Counted from the stretch's first letter, positions 9,884-28,835 are shown. The stretch is DNA of 43,293 nucleotides from Sulfurospirillaceae bacterium (GCA_033723415.1 JAWVXD010000012.1:1-43293), one strand, 5' to 3'. Program-made: numbers and translations. The notes: generated from the letters alone by a model not told the origin.

Positions 9884-9929
9884 AAAAAAAAAGCTAGGTC
9901 ACCTCTAAAAAGAGATGCCTAGCTTTTTT
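9884..9929 (-). terminator. Intrinsic terminator after fusA
   Basis: AAAAAAGCTAGG...CCTAGCTTTTTT stem, followed by a U9 tract on the minus strand. Confidence 0.8.
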
Positions 9930-9940
9930 GGTTCGATATA

Positions 9941-12019
9941 TTAAGAGTTTCTTTTCTTGATAATCTCTTCAGCTACGTTTCTTGGAACTTCTTCGTAGTG
10001 ATCAAATTCCATAGAGTATGATGCACGACCTTGAGTTTGACTTCTTAGGTCTGTTGAGTAACCAAACATCTCAGATAGTGGGCAGAAAGCATTAACGATC
10101 TTATGTCCGCCACGATCATCCATAGAGTTGATTTGTCCTCTTCTTCTGTTTAAGTCACCGATTACATCACCCATGAAATCTTCAGGAGTTTCAACTTCGA
10201 CTTTCATCATAGGCTCTAGTATAATAGCATCAGCTTTTCTAGCACCTTCTTTAAAGCCCATAGAAGCAGCCAATTTAAATGCCATCTCAGATGAGTCTAC
10301 ATCATGGTAGCTTCCATCATAAAGTGTTACTTTTACGTCTTCTACAGGATATCCAGCTAGAACACCGCCTTGCATAGCTTCTTTTAAACCTTTATCAACA
10401 GCTGGAATAAATTCTTTTGGAATAGCTCCACCTTTGATATCATTTACGAATTCATAACCTTCACCAGGTTTTCTTGGCTCAAGTCTTAGATAAACGTGAC
10501 CATACTGACCACGACCACCTGATTGCTTAGCATATTTGTACTCTTGCTCAACACTCTTTTTAATAGTCTCACGGTAAGCAACTTGTGGTTGTCCTACTTC
10601 TGCATCAACTTTAAATTCTCTCAGCATTCTGTCTACAAGGATCTCAAGGTGTAATTCACCCATACCTGAGATGATTGTTTGACCGCTTTCTTCGTCTGAT
10701 TCAACTCTAAAGCTTGGATCTTCTTGAGCTAGCTTTTGTAGTGCTATACCCATTTTTTCTTGGTCAGCTTTTGTTTTTGGTTCAACAGCAACAGAGATAA
10801 CCGGATCCGGGAAGTCCATCCTTTCTAGGATTACTTGATCTTTTTCACTTGATAGAGTATCTCCTGTCAAAGTGTCTTTTAGTCCGACAACCGCACCGAT
10901 TTCACCTGCATACAATTCTTTGATCTCTTCTCTTTTATTTGAATGCATTTTAAGAAGTCTTCCGACTCTTTCTTTTTTATCTTTTGTTGTATTGTAAGCA
11001 TATGAACCGCTTTCAAGCTTGCCTCTATAAACTCTTACGAATGTCAACTGTCCAACAAATGGATCAGTCATGATCTTAAATGCAAGAGCAGCAAATTCGC
11101 CGTTGTCAGTTGATTCTACTACTGTTTCCGTTCCATCTTCGTATTCGCCTTTAATAGCAGCAACTTCAGTTGGAGCCGGCATATAATCAACAACAGCATC
11201 AAGAAGTGGTTGTACACCTTTGTTTTTAAAAGCAGTACCACATAGCATAGGCACTAATTTCATACTCAAACAACCTTCTTTGATACCTTTTTTAATCTCT
11301 TCTTGACTTAGCTCTTCTCCGCCAAGGTATTTTTCCAAAAGTTCGTCATCTGTTTCAGAAACCGCTTCTACTAATTTTTCTCTATAGCTTTGCGCTTTTT
11401 CTACTAGATCAGCAGGTATATCTTGTTCTTCATAGTGTGATCCCATTGCAGCTTCATCGTCCCAGACCAAAGCTTTCATCTTCACTAGATCAACAACGCC
11501 TTTAAAATTCTCTTCCGCACCTATAGGGATTTGTATCGCAACAGGATTAGATTTTAGTCTTTCTTTTATTTGTCTCTCAACTTCATAAAAATCAGCACCG
11601 GTTCTGTCCATTTTGTTGACAAAAACCATTCTTGGTACTCTATATCTATTTGCTTGTCTCCAAACTGTTTCACTTTGAGGCTGAACACCGCCAACCGCAC
11701 AGAAAACTGCAACAGCACCATCAAGTACACGCATACTTCTCTCAACTTCAATAGTAAAGTCAACGTGGCCCGGAGTGTCAATAATATTTATCTGGTGGTT
11801 ATTCCAAAAACAAGTCGTTGCCGCACTTGTAATCGTGATACCTCTTTCTTTTTCTTGTTCCATCCAGTCCATAGTCGCAGCGCCGTCATGAACTTCACCG
11901 ATCTTATGTGACATACCGGTATAAAAAAGTATTCTTTCAGTTGTAGTTGTTTTTCCGGCATCAATGTGTGCAGCGATCCCGATATTTCTAACCATATTAA
12001 TAGGGTTTTTTCTTGCCAT
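9941..12019 (-). CDS. fusA: Elongation factor G
   Basis: [22 protein letters not shown]; 692 aa; follows rpsG. Confidence 0.99.
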   Translation of the reverse strand: MARKNPINMVRNIGIAAHIDAGKTTTTERILFYTGMSHKIGEVHDGAATMDWMEQEKERGITITSAATTCFWNNHQINIIDTPGHVDFTIEVERSMRVLDGAVAVFCAVGGVQPQSETVWRQANRYRVPRMVFVNKMDRTGADFYEVERQIKERLKSNPVAIQIPIGAEENFKGVVDLVKMKALVWDDEAAMGSHYEEQDIPADLVEKAQSYREKLVEAVSETDDELLEKYLGGEELSQEEIKKGIKEGCLSMKLVPMLCGTAFKNKGVQPLLDAVVDYMPAPTEVAAIKGEYEDGTETVVESTDNGEFAALAFKIMTDPFVGQLTFVRVYRGKLESGSYAYNTTKDKKERVGRLLKMHSNKREEIKELYAGEIGAVVGLKDTLTGDTLSSEKDQVILERMDFPDPVISVAVEPKTKADQEKMGIALQKLAQEDPSFRVESDEESGQTIISGMGELHLEILVDRMLREFKVDAEVGQPQVAYRETIKKSVEQEYKYAKQSGGRGQYGHVYLRLEPRKPGEGYEFVNDIKGGAIPKEFIPAVDKGLKEAMQGGVLAGYPVEDVKVTLYDGSYHDVDSSEMAFKLAASMGFKEGARKADAIILEPMMKVEVETPEDFMGDVIGDLNRRRGQINSMDDRGGHKIVNAFCPLSEMFGYSTDLRSQTQGRASYSMEFDHYEEVPRNVAEEIIKKRNS

Positions 12020-12031
12020 TGTGTTTCCTTC

Positions 12032-12526
<495 letters not shown>

Positions 12527-12531
12527 TTACT

Positions 12532-12565
12532 CAAATATTGTCTACATTCAAATGGACAATACCTG
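12532..12565 (-). promoter_or_regulatory. rpsL-rpsG intergenic hairpin (possible S7 autoregulatory site)
   Basis: CAGGTATTGTC pairs with GACAATATTTG (11 bp with G-U). Same position as the S7 target in E. coli; function inferred. Confidence 0.4.
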
Positions 12566-12575
12566 TTTGTTAAAT

Positions 12576-12947
12576 TTATTTAGGTCTCTTAGTACCGTAT
12601 TTACTTCTTGCAACTCTTCTGTTTGCAACACCTGCAGTATCTAGCGCTCCACGGACAACATGGTACTTAACACCAGGTAAATCCTTTACTCTACCGCCAC
12701 GAACTAGAACTATAGAGTGTTCTTGCAAGTTGTGACCTTCGCCGCCGATATAACTGATTACTTCAAATCCGCTTGTCAACCTAACTTTAGCAACTTTTCT
12801 CAAAGCTGAGTTTGGTTTTTTTGGAGTTGTAGTATAAACTCTAGTACAAACGCCTCTTCTTTGAGGACATCCGACTAACGCTGGTGATTTTGATTTTTTA
12901 ATCACCTTTTTTCTCTCTTTTCTTACCAATTGGTTAATTGTTGGCAC
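12576..12947 (-). CDS. rpsL: 30S ribosomal protein S12
   Basis: [24 protein letters not shown] start. Confidence 0.99.
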   Translation of the reverse strand: MPTINQLVRKERKKVIKKSKSPALVGCPQRRGVCTRVYTTTPKKPNSALRKVAKVRLTSGFEVISYIGGEGHNLQEHSIVLVRGGRVKDLPGVKYHVVRGALDTAGVANRRVARSKYGTKRPK

Positions 12948-13002
12948 TTTATTTCCTTTATAGTTTACAAAATACGCGCTATTTTATTTAAAAATAGCTT
13001 AT

Positions 13003-13036
13003 AAAGAGGTTAAATTAAGTTTAATTTAACCTCTTT
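13003..13036 (-). terminator. Stem-loop / probable terminator after rpoC
   Basis: AAAGAGGTTAAATTAA and TTAATTTAACCTCTTT form a perfect inverted repeat. Confidence 0.65.
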
Positions 13037-13041
13037 CCACC

Positions 13042-17574
<4,533 letters not shown>

Positions 17575-17645
17575 TTAAAGATTTTACATCTCTAAAAATT
17601 TCTTTCGCGTTGGCGAAAGAAACAATCATTTGGCTGTTACTGTTC

Positions 17646-21845
<4,200 letters not shown>

Positions 21846-21885
21846 TCAAAACAGAAAATTTAACGACCAATTGGTTTCCCATTGT

Positions 21886-21916
21886 ATTTTTTGGGAGATT
21901 TTCTCTCCCAAAAAAT
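21886..21916. other. 13-bp hairpin in the rplL-rpoB spacer
   Basis: ATTTTTTGGGAGA-N5-TCTCCCAAAAAAT; no 3' U-tract on either strand. Confidence 0.55.
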
Positions 21917-21919
21917 GTT

Positions 21920-22291
21920 TTACTTAATTTCAGCTTCTGCGCCAGCTTCTTCGATTTGTTTTTTAATATCTTCAGCTTCTGCTTTAGAAACACCTTCTTT
22001 AAGAACTGTAGGTGCGCCTTCAACAGCTTCTTTTGCTTCTTTAAGACCAAGTCCTGTGATTGCACGAACAACTTTAATTGCATTGATTTTTTTATCGCCT
22101 GCATTTTTAAGAATTACGTCGAATTCAGTTTTTTCTTCAGCTGCAGCAGCTGCTACACCTGCGCCGCCTGCCATCATAACCGGAGCAGCAGAAACGCCGA
22201 ATTTTTCTTCAAATTCTTTTACTAAGTCACTTAGTTCAAGAACAGATAGACCTGAAATATATTCTAATACATCTTCTTTTGTTATTGCCAT
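21920..22291 (-). CDS. rplL: 50S ribosomal protein L7/L12
   Basis: [26 protein letters not shown]. Confidence 0.99.
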   Translation of the reverse strand: MAITKEDVLEYISGLSVLELSDLVKEFEEKFGVSAAPVMMAGGAGVAAAAAEEKTEFDVILKNAGDKKINAIKVVRAITGLGLKEAKEAVEGAPTVLKEGVSKAEAEDIKKQIEEAGAEAEIK

Positions 22292-22310
22292 TTTGTTTTT
22301 CCTTAATTGT

Positions 22311-22377
22311 TTTCTTCAAATTAGGCAAAGCCTAAATTAAATTCATTGCACTAAAGTTACACCAAAGGGTGAAAAAC
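22311..22377 (-). promoter_or_regulatory. Two-hairpin leader element, copy A (upstream of rplL)
   Basis: Minus strand: (T)CACC-CTTT-GGTG(T), then AACTTTAGT-GCAATGAATTTAAT, then TTAGGC-TTT-GCCTAA, then TTTGAAGAAA. Homologous to copies B and C. Confidence 0.6.
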
Positions 22378-22441
22378 TTTAACTTTCTTCTCTATTATCA
22401 CGTAAAAGCAAAGCTTTGAAGCTATCGCTTTTATAGTTTAC

Positions 22442-22924
22442 TTATGCTTCTTCTTCTTTTTTAGCACGAAGAGCATCTAAGCCGATTGTAAAATTTGTAA
22501 CAGGAGCCATCCAAGTTTGCAAAAGCATACCGATAAGTTCATCACGTGACGGCAACTTAGACAATGCATCAATCTTAGCTGAATCAACTACTTCGCCAGC
22601 TATGAAACCACATCTGATTTGAAATATTTTATTTGCTTCAGCAAATTTTGCAACAATTTTTGTAACATTTAGTTGATCTTCGCCCCAAACAAACATGTTT
22701 GCGTCATTAAGATCTATTCCTTCAATGTCAGCATTTTTCATAGCAATAGAAGCTAAAGTATTTTTAGCAACTTGAACTTTAACGTCTAATTCTCTCGCAC
22801 TATTTCTGAGACCTTCTATTGTCTTAGTATTAAGACCTTTAAAGTCACAAATGATAACTGCGTCGGAAGATTTAAAACCTTCAGTTAATGAATTAACTAT
22901 TTCAACTTTTTCATTTTTTGTCAA
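22442..22924 (-). CDS. rplJ: 50S ribosomal protein L10
   Basis: V.KNTL, LSKLPSRDEL. Likely start is TTG at 22924 after AAGGAG (160 aa), not the track's longer ORF. Confidence 0.96.
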   Translation of the reverse strand: MTKNEKVEIVNSLTEGFKSSDAVIICDFKGLNTKTIEGLRNSARELDVKVQVAKNTLASIAMKNADIEGIDLNDANMFVWGEDQLNVTKIVAKFAEANKIFQIRCGFIAGEVVDSAKIDALSKLPSRDELIGMLLQTWMAPVTNFTIGLDALRAKKEEEA

Positions 22925-22934
22925 TTTTTCTCCT

Positions 22935-23003
22935 TTCCGACCGGTGATTTCAAGCAGAGATGGAATAATCCAAATTAAGTGTAAAACCTCGGCTATCTCC
23001 AAT
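22935..23003 (-). promoter_or_regulatory. Probable L10 leader (r-protein autoregulatory RNA)
   Basis: GAGATAGCCGAGG...CTTAA...CTCTGCTTGAAATC directly upstream of rplJ resembles the L10 leader pattern. Recognised by eye only. Confidence 0.55.
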
Positions 23004-23027
23004 CAAAGATTTATGTATATTTATCAT

Positions 23028-23056
23028 TGTTGAAAGAAGCACAGCCTCTTTCAACA
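23028..23056 (-). other. 13-bp hairpin after rplA
   Basis: TGTTGAAAGAGGC-TGT-GCTTCTTTCAACA on the minus strand. Confidence 0.55.
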
Positions 23057-23073
23057 TTTACATTACTATATTA

Positions 23074-23778
23074 TTATTTTAGATCAATCAATTCTTGATT
23101 TTCAAGGGCCATTGCAGGACTCATTGTCAAAGACAGAGCCGCTGATTTTATATATTTACCTTTTGATGAAGCTGGTTTATGTTTGTTTATAGCTTTTATA
23201 AATGCTTCAAAGTTTTCTCTAATTTGCTCTGGTGTAAAACTTATTTTACCGATACCGGCATGAATATTACCCTGCTTATCAACTCTAAAGTTAACTTGTC
23301 CACCCTTAGAATTTTCAACGGCTTTTGCAACATCCATAGTAACAGTTCCGGTTTTTGGGTTTGGCATAATACCTTTTGGTCCCAAAATCCTACCGACTTT
23401 ACCAACCATACCCATCATATTTGGTGTTGCGATCAGTACATCAAAATCTATTTTACCTGCTTGTATATCAGCGATTAAATCATCACTTCCAACAATATCT
23501 GCCCCGGCTGCTTTAGCTTCATCAGCTTTTACGTCTTTTGCCACAACTGCAACTCTTACAGTTTTACCAGTTCCTGCAGGAAGAACGACTGAACCTCTAA
23601 CCATTTGATCAGCATGTCTTGGATCTACGTTTAGTTTTAATGCTATCTCAATAGTTTCATCAAATTTAGCGCTTGCCAAATTTTTTATGTTAGCTAAAGC
23701 TTCTTCTGTAGTATATTTTTTTGTTGTATCTACTTTAGTTAACAATTCTTTAAATCTTTTTGTAACTTTACTTGCCAT
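23074..23778 (-). CDS. rplA: 50S ribosomal protein L1
   Basis: [19 protein letters not shown]. Start set at ATG 23778 after GGAG. Confidence 0.98.
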   Translation of the reverse strand: MASKVTKRFKELLTKVDTTKKYTTEEALANIKNLASAKFDETIEIALKLNVDPRHADQMVRGSVVLPAGTGKTVRVAVVAKDVKADEAKAAGADIVGSDDLIADIQAGKIDFDVLIATPNMMGMVGKVGRILGPKGIMPNPKTGTVTMDVAKAVENSKGGQVNFRVDKQGNIHAGIGKISFTPEQIRENFEAFIKAINKHKPASSKGKYIKSAALSLTMSPAMALENQELIDLK

Positions 23779-23839
23779 TATATATCTCCGCATTTTTTTG
23801 CTTCCGCCTGAAACCCGGCGGTAAAGGATTAATCAATTT

Positions 23840-24262
23840 TTATGAAACAGTGATTCCCATACTTCTTGCACTTCCTTCGATTATCTTGGAAGCGGCTTCT
23901 CTGTCATTTGTATTTAGATCAGCAATTTTTTTATCTACAATTTCTAAAATTTGATCTTTAGTCAAATTCGCGATCTTGTTCTTCAAAGGATTATCACTAC
24001 CTTTTTGAATACCTGCAGCTTTTTTGATCAAATCACTAGCAGGTGGTTGTTTTGTTATAAATGTAAAACTTTTATCGGCATATACTGTAATAACAACCGG
24101 TATGTTATATCCCACCATGTCTTTTGTTTTTTCATTGAAAGCTTTACAAAATTCCATGATATTTACACCTTTTTGTCCAAGTGCAGGACCAACCGGTGGA
24201 GATGGATTTGCTTTTGTTGCTGCAATTTGTAATTTTATTTCACCAATTACTTTTTTAGCCAT
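23840..24262 (-). CDS. rplK: 50S ribosomal protein L11
   Basis: [20 protein letters not shown]. Confidence 0.99.
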   Translation of the reverse strand: MAKKVIGEIKLQIAATKANPSPPVGPALGQKGVNIMEFCKAFNEKTKDMVGYNIPVVITVYADKSFTFITKQPPASDLIKKAAGIQKGSDNPLKNKIANLTKDQILEIVDKKIADLNTNDREAASKIIEGSARSMGITVS

Positions 24263-24288
24263 TTTATTTTCCTCTTTTTTATTTTATG

Positions 24289-24354
24289 TTTCTTCAATCT
24301 GAACGAATCCAAATCAAATTAATTACACTAAAGCTTACGCTTTTGCGTAGAATT
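24289..24354 (-). promoter_or_regulatory. Two-hairpin leader element, copy B (upstream of rplK)
   Basis: Minus strand: AATTC, TACGC-AAAA-GCGTA, AGCTTTAGT-GTAATTAAT, TTGATTTGGA-TTCG-TTCAGATTGA, AGAAA. Confidence 0.6.
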
Positions 24355-24419
24355 TACATTATCTTCATGATCAAGCAACTTAAACAGATATTATGTTGCT
24401 CACTCTAATCAATTTTTAT

Positions 24420-24950
24420 TTAAACTATTTTTTCAACTTGCGAATACAAAATTTCTACAGGCGTACTTCTACCAAAAATAGAGACATTTAATCTTAACTT
24501 TCCATGCTCAACATCATACTCTTCAACAATTCCGGTAAAGTTGGCAAAAGAACCCTCAGTAATTCTGACATTCTCTCCATTTTCAAAAAATATTTTAGGT
24601 CTTGGAGCACTTTTCTTGTTAGCTTTTTCTAATATCAAATTTATATCTTTGTCGCTAAGTGGAGTCGGTTTCTTTGATTCACCGATAAATCTACCAACCT
24701 TAGGAAGTGACTGGATTTGTTGCCAAAGAGCAGTATCTAAATCAAGCTCTGCAAATGCATACCCAGGGTATAAACTTCGCTCACTGATTTTTTTCTGTCC
24801 GTTTTTAACTTCCATAACATCTTCGGTAGGAACAAGAACAGTTTTTAATTTTTCTTCAATACCATTGTCTTTTACTAAGTTTTCGATAGCTTTTTTGACA
24901 GCTTGCTCGCTTCCTGCGTAAGTTTGTATGGCATACCATTTATGTGACAT
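24420..24950 (-). CDS. nusG: Transcription termination/antitermination factor NusG
   Basis: WYAIQTYAGSE, YPGY, KOW region with VSIFGRSTPVE. Confidence 0.98.
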   Translation of the reverse strand: MSHKWYAIQTYAGSEQAVKKAIENLVKDNGIEEKLKTVLVPTEDVMEVKNGQKKISERSLYPGYAFAELDLDTALWQQIQSLPKVGRFIGESKKPTPLSDKDINLILEKANKKSAPRPKIFFENGENVRITEGSFANFTGIVEEYDVEHGKLRLNVSIFGRSTPVEILYSQVEKIV

Positions 24951-24958
24951 AATCTACC

Positions 24959-25138
24959 TTATATAATATTAGATAATGTATATGACATAATCATATCGAT
25001 CATTGCTAAAAACAATGAAACTACAGCTACAACAACAAATACAGATATAAAAGCATTTCTAATTTGATCTTTCGAAGGGAAAATAACTTTTGTCAGTTCC
25101 ACTTTTGCTTGCTGATAATAATTTTTTAATTTTTCCAT
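24959..25138 (-). CDS. secE: Preprotein translocase subunit SecE (59 aa)
   Basis: Not in the track. Manual translation MEKLKNYYQQAKVELTKVIFPSKDQIRNAFISVFVVVAVVSLFLAMID... shows the EL.KV.FP motif plus one TM helix; lies between tRNA-Trp and nusG. Confidence 0.95.
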   Translation of the reverse strand: MEKLKNYYQQAKVELTKVIFPSKDQIRNAFISVFVVVAVVSLFLAMIDMIMSYTLSNII

Positions 25139-25157
25139 TATGTATACCTTAGACTAG

Positions 25158-25234
25158 TGGCAGGGCAGGAGGGGCTCGAACCCACAACCTGCGGTTTTGG
25201 AGACCGACGCTCTACCAATTGGAGCTACTGCCCT
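25158..25234 (-). tRNA. tRNA-Trp (CCA)
   Basis: AGGGCAG...CGGT-CT-CCA-AA-ACCG...GGTTCGAGCC...CTGCCCTGCCA. Confidence 0.96.
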
Positions 25235-25263
25235 ACATTCAAAAACCAAATTCTAAATAGAAT

Positions 25264-25422
25264 TTAACTTTTTAACTTTATTTCTTTATGAACTGTATGC
25301 TTCTTTAGTCTCGGACAATACTTACTTAATTCAACTTTTTCAGTAGTAGTCTTACTATTTTTTGTCGTTGTATAGTTAATGTCGCCAGACTCACTACACT
25401 TTAATCCTATTTTAACTCTCAT
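25264..25422 (-). CDS. rpmG: 50S ribosomal protein L33 (52 aa)
   Basis: Not in the track. Manual translation [52 protein letters not shown]. Confidence 0.96.
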   Translation of the reverse strand: MRVKIGLKCSESGDINYTTTKNSKTTTEKVELSKYCPRLKKHTVHKEIKLKS

Positions 25423-25440
25423 TAAATTGTCCTTTTAAAT

Positions 25441-25470
25441 AAGCAAGGGATCAAAGATCCCCTGCTTTTT
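25441..25470 (-). terminator. Stem-loop / probable terminator after tuf
   Basis: AAGCAGGGGATC-TTT-GATCCCTTGCTT followed by ATTT on the minus strand. Confidence 0.6.
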
Positions 25471-25480
25471 CTATATATTA

Positions 25481-26680
25481 TTATTTAATTATTTTAGATA
25501 CAACACCGGCGCCGACAGTTCTTCCGCCTTCACGTATCGCAAATCTTGTACCTTCGTCCAATGCGATTGGTGTAATCAATTCAACAGAAATCTTTACGTT
25601 ATCACCAGGCATTACCATTTCAGTACCTTCTGGTAATGAAATTGATCCTGTAACGTCAGTTGTTCTAACGTAGAATTGTGGTCTATAGTTATTAAAGAAT
25701 GGAGTATGTCTTCCGCCTTCTTCTTTGCTCAAGATATAAACTTCAGCTTCAAAACTTGTATGTGGAGTTATTGAACCCGGCTTACAAAGAACCATACCTC
25801 TTTCAACATCTTCTTTTTTAGTTCCTCTTAGTAGGATACCACAGTTATCACCTGCTTCACCTTGATCCATTTCTTTGTGGAACATTTCAACACCGGTAAC
25901 GATTGTTTTTTGTGTATCTTTGATACCAACTATTTCAATCTCTTCACCAACTTTGATAGTACCTTTTTCTATTCTACCTGTTACAACTGTACCACGACCT
26001 GAGATTGAAAATACGTCTTCAACAGGCATAAGGAAAGTTTTATCTGTTTCTCTAACCGGTTCTGGGATATATGAATCAACTGCATCCATAAGTTCCATAA
26101 TTTTATCTGACCATTCGCCTAGATTACCGCTTTTTGCTTCTTCTAGAGCTTTTAGAGCTGAACCTGCAACGATTGGAGTGTCATCACCTGGGAAATCATA
26201 TGCACTAAGAAGTTCTCTAATTTCCATTTCAACTAATTCTAGTAATTCTTCATCATCAACCATATCAGCTTTGTTCATGAATACAACTATGTATGGAACA
26301 CCGACTTGACGAGACAACAAGATGTGCTCTCTAGTTTGTGGCATAGGACCATCAGCTGCAGAAACAACCAAAATTGCGCCGTCCATTTGAGCAGCACCAG
26401 TAATCATATTTTTTACATAATCCGCGTGACCTGGACAGTCAACGTGTGCATAGTGACGTTTTTCTGTTTCATATTCTATATGAGACGTCGCAATTGTAAT
26501 ACCTCTTTCTCTCTCTTCAGGTGCATTATCAATACCGTCAAAGTCTTTAAATTCAGCTAGTCCTTTAGCTGATAGAACTGCTGAGATTGCTGCTGTCAAT
26601 GTAGTTTTACCGTGGTCAACGTGACCTATAGTTCCTATATTAACATGTGGTTTAGATCTTGAATATTTTTCCTTTGCCAT
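25481..26680 (-). CDS. tuf: Elongation factor Tu
   Basis: [20 protein letters not shown]. Start ATG 26680 after GGAGG (399 aa). Confidence 0.99.
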   Translation of the reverse strand: MAKEKYSRSKPHVNIGTIGHVDHGKTTLTAAISAVLSAKGLAEFKDFDGIDNAPEERERGITIATSHIEYETEKRHYAHVDCPGHADYVKNMITGAAQMDGAILVVSAADGPMPQTREHILLSRQVGVPYIVVFMNKADMVDDEELLELVEMEIRELLSAYDFPGDDTPIVAGSALKALEEAKSGNLGEWSDKIMELMDAVDSYIPEPVRETDKTFLMPVEDVFSISGRGTVVTGRIEKGTIKVGEEIEIVGIKDTQKTIVTGVEMFHKEMDQGEAGDNCGILLRGTKKEDVERGMVLCKPGSITPHTSFEAEVYILSKEEGGRHTPFFNNYRPQFYVRTTDVTGSISLPEGTEMVMPGDNVKISVELITPIALDEGTRFAIREGGRTVGAGVVSKIIK

Positions 26681-26711
26681 TTCTTCCTCCGTGTAGGTTT
26701 GTTTTTGATTT

Positions 26712-26775
26712 GATTTTAACTTAGGGTAAGCCAAGTTAAATTTATTTACTAAAGCTTCGATCGTAATCGAGAATT
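26712..26775 (-). promoter_or_regulatory. Two-hairpin leader element, copy C (upstream of tuf)
   Basis: Minus strand: AATTC, TCGAT-TACG-ATCGA, AGCTTTAGT-AAATAAA, TTTAACTTGG-CTTACC-CTAAGTTAAA. Confidence 0.6.
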
Positions 26776-26786
26776 ATATTATATTA

Positions 26787-26861
<75 letters not shown>

Positions 26862-26991
26862 GCAATGCTCACTAACCGCAAGTTTACCGTACAAAAATAA
26901 CAAATTGATTACATATCTATAGATGTGAGCAATGAACTTATCCTGAAGATTTAATGACAGAAAAAATTCAACAGCTCCCAGAAAATAAATA

Positions 26992-27068
26992 TGGAGCGGG
27001 AGACGGGACTCGAACCCGCGACCCCCAGCTTGGAAGGCTAATGCTCTAGCCAACTGAGCTACTCCCGC
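26992..27068 (-). tRNA. tRNA-Gly (TCC)
   Basis: GCGGGAG...AGC-CT-TCC-AA-GCT...CTCCCGCTCCA. Confidence 0.96.
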
Positions 27069-27078
27069 AAATGTTAAA

Positions 27079-27164
<86 letters not shown>

Positions 27165-27214
27165 TAATATTTACACCATTTCTGTCTGGTCAAACACTGT
27201 TACATCACAAAAAA

Positions 27215-27290
27215 TGGAGCTGGTAAACGGACTTGAACCGCCGACCTGCTGTTTACAAGACAGCTGCTCTACCAACTGAGCTACACCAGC
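27215..27290 (-). tRNA. tRNA-Thr (TGT)
   Basis: GCTGGTG...GCTGT-CT-TGT-AA-ACAGC...TACCAGCTCCA. Confidence 0.96.
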
Positions 27291-27311
27291 ACCCCATATT
27301 TGTGAGGTGAA

Positions 27312-27340
27312 ATTATATCTCAAATATATTTCAAAGTCAA
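27312..27340 (-). promoter_or_regulatory. Sigma70-type promoter of the tRNA-tuf operon
   Basis: TTGACT-17 nt-TATAAT on the minus strand, 21 nt upstream of tRNA-Thr. Confidence 0.8.
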
Positions 27341-27401
27341 TACTTTTTTAGATACAATGTTAAAAAAAATATTATGTAAAACTTAACAATTAGGAAAATT
27401 T

Positions 27402-28148
27402 ATGAAAATTTTATTTTCTCCAAGTGAGGCAAAGCTTGCAGGAGGGACGGAAGAGGCTTTTAAAAAAGACAGTTTTTTGTTTCCGGAGCTTTTTAAGCAT
27501 AGAAAAAAAATGATTGATTTGTATCAAGATTTTGTTGATAATGCGGATGACAAAATGCTGGAAAAATTTTTTGGTATCAAACAGACAGAGGCTATTGATT
27601 ATTACAAATCAAATATATATGAAAGGAACACCACTAAAGTAATCAAAAGATATGACGGAGTTGCATTTGATTTTTTAAATTACTCCTCGCTTCATCATAC
27701 ACATAAAGAATATGTTGATGAGAATGTCATAATATTTTCCAATCTTTTTGGACCCTTACTCGCCGGGGATGAAGGTTTACCTGATTATAAACTAAAGCAA
27801 GGTGAAAAAATAGGAGATTATGCTGTAGAAAAATTTTATCGAGAAAATTTCTCAGAAGCATTGGATAATTTTTTACATGATGAAGATATCATAGATCTAA
27901 GAGCTGGCTTCTATGACAAATTTTACAAAATCAAAAAACCTCATTTAAGTTTAAAATTTATCAAAAACGGTAAGGTGATCAGTCATTGGGCAAAAGCATA
28001 TAGAGGCATAGTACTTCGCCATATTGCATCTAAAAAGATTCAAAGTATTGATGATTTTATGCATTTGGAGATAGAAAATCTAGCTGCAATCGAAATATCG
28101 CAAAAAGGATTTAATACTGAAATTCATTATGAAATAGTAGGTAAATAA
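27402..28148 (+). CDS. yaaA: YaaA/DUF328-family peroxide-stress DNA-binding protein
   Basis: MKILFSPSEAK, RYDGVAF, S.LFG.L, I/LPDYKL, SHWAKAYRG. Confidence 0.88.
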   Translation: MKILFSPSEAKLAGGTEEAFKKDSFLFPELFKHRKKMIDLYQDFVDNADDKMLEKFFGIKQTEAIDYYKSNIYERNTTKVIKRYDGVAFDFLNYSSLHHTHKEYVDENVIIFSNLFGPLLAGDEGLPDYKLKQGEKIGDYAVEKFYRENFSEALDNFLHDEDIIDLRAGFYDKFYKIKKPHLSLKFIKNGKVISHWAKAYRGIVLRHIASKKIQSIDDFMHLEIENLAAIEISQKGFNTEIHYEIVGK

Positions 28149-28380
28149 CCTATACATATTAAAAAGTTTACAATACTAGTAAAGTCAGTATTTTTTGAAA
28201 ATAAAATGTCGCTATATATAGTACATAATATCTCAGATAATCCAGAATTCAAAAATATATTGCCTCATTTATAAGATTTGAATAAATATTTAAGATAATA
28301 AGTTAATCTTGAAGCAACTGCTTGGTTTTTTGTCTTTTTATTGTAGAATTACGTATTCAAATCTACAAAGCAGGAGAAGA

Positions 28381-28623
28381 ATGATGTTACAATGGATAAT
28401 AGTTGCAATTTTGGTATATGTTATTTATTATTTGGTCAACAAATATGAAAAAAGGCTAAATGCACTAAATGAACTAATAGAACTCAATAGAACTGAAATT
28501 TCGGCAAATAAAGAACTTATTGAAGAAAACAAGTCTAAAATAGTAGGTAATCATGAAAAGATTTCAAAAAATAGAGAGCACATTGATTTAAACCAACAAA
28601 TACTTTCTAAATTAAAAGATTAA
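28381..28623 (+). CDS. Small single-pass membrane protein with IxxN-heptad coiled coil
   Basis: GGAG RBS then ATG at 28381; N-terminal TM segment (WIIVAILVYVIYYLV); heptad repeats; own terminator. Confidence 0.75.
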   Translation: MMLQWIIVAILVYVIYYLVNKYEKRLNALNELIELNRTEISANKELIEENKSKIVGNHEKISKNREHIDLNQQILSKLKD

Positions 28624-28642
28624 GGGTCATCCCTTAATCTTT
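28615..28642 (+). terminator. Intrinsic terminator-like hairpin
   Basis: AAAGATTAAGGG-TCAT-CCCTTAATCTTT overlapping the stop codon. Confidence 0.65.
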
Positions 28643-28835
28643 ACCTCTTACATATATAATTTGCTACTTTTTGTAACCATTTGAAAAATTTAATTTTTTC
28701 TACAATTGCTAATCAAATCTCGTATTTTCAACTCTGAATAGACTTAATCATAAAATCACCTAATACTATTGTATAAATTATCATCAGAAGTTTAACGCAA
28801 ATCAATAAAAAATATACTAACATTACACTATAAAT

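Noticed and set aside
17575..17625. Possible fourth copy of the two-hairpin leader upstream of rpoC
   Set aside because: Two hairpins are present, but the ARCUUUAGU linker is only weakly matched (AUUUUUAGA) and the geometry differs; it needs a covariance-model score.
22925..26734. N-terminal extensions on rplJ, rplA and tuf given by the ORF track
   Set aside because: Downstream starts have good RBSs and give canonical lengths; the extensions run through leader RNA.
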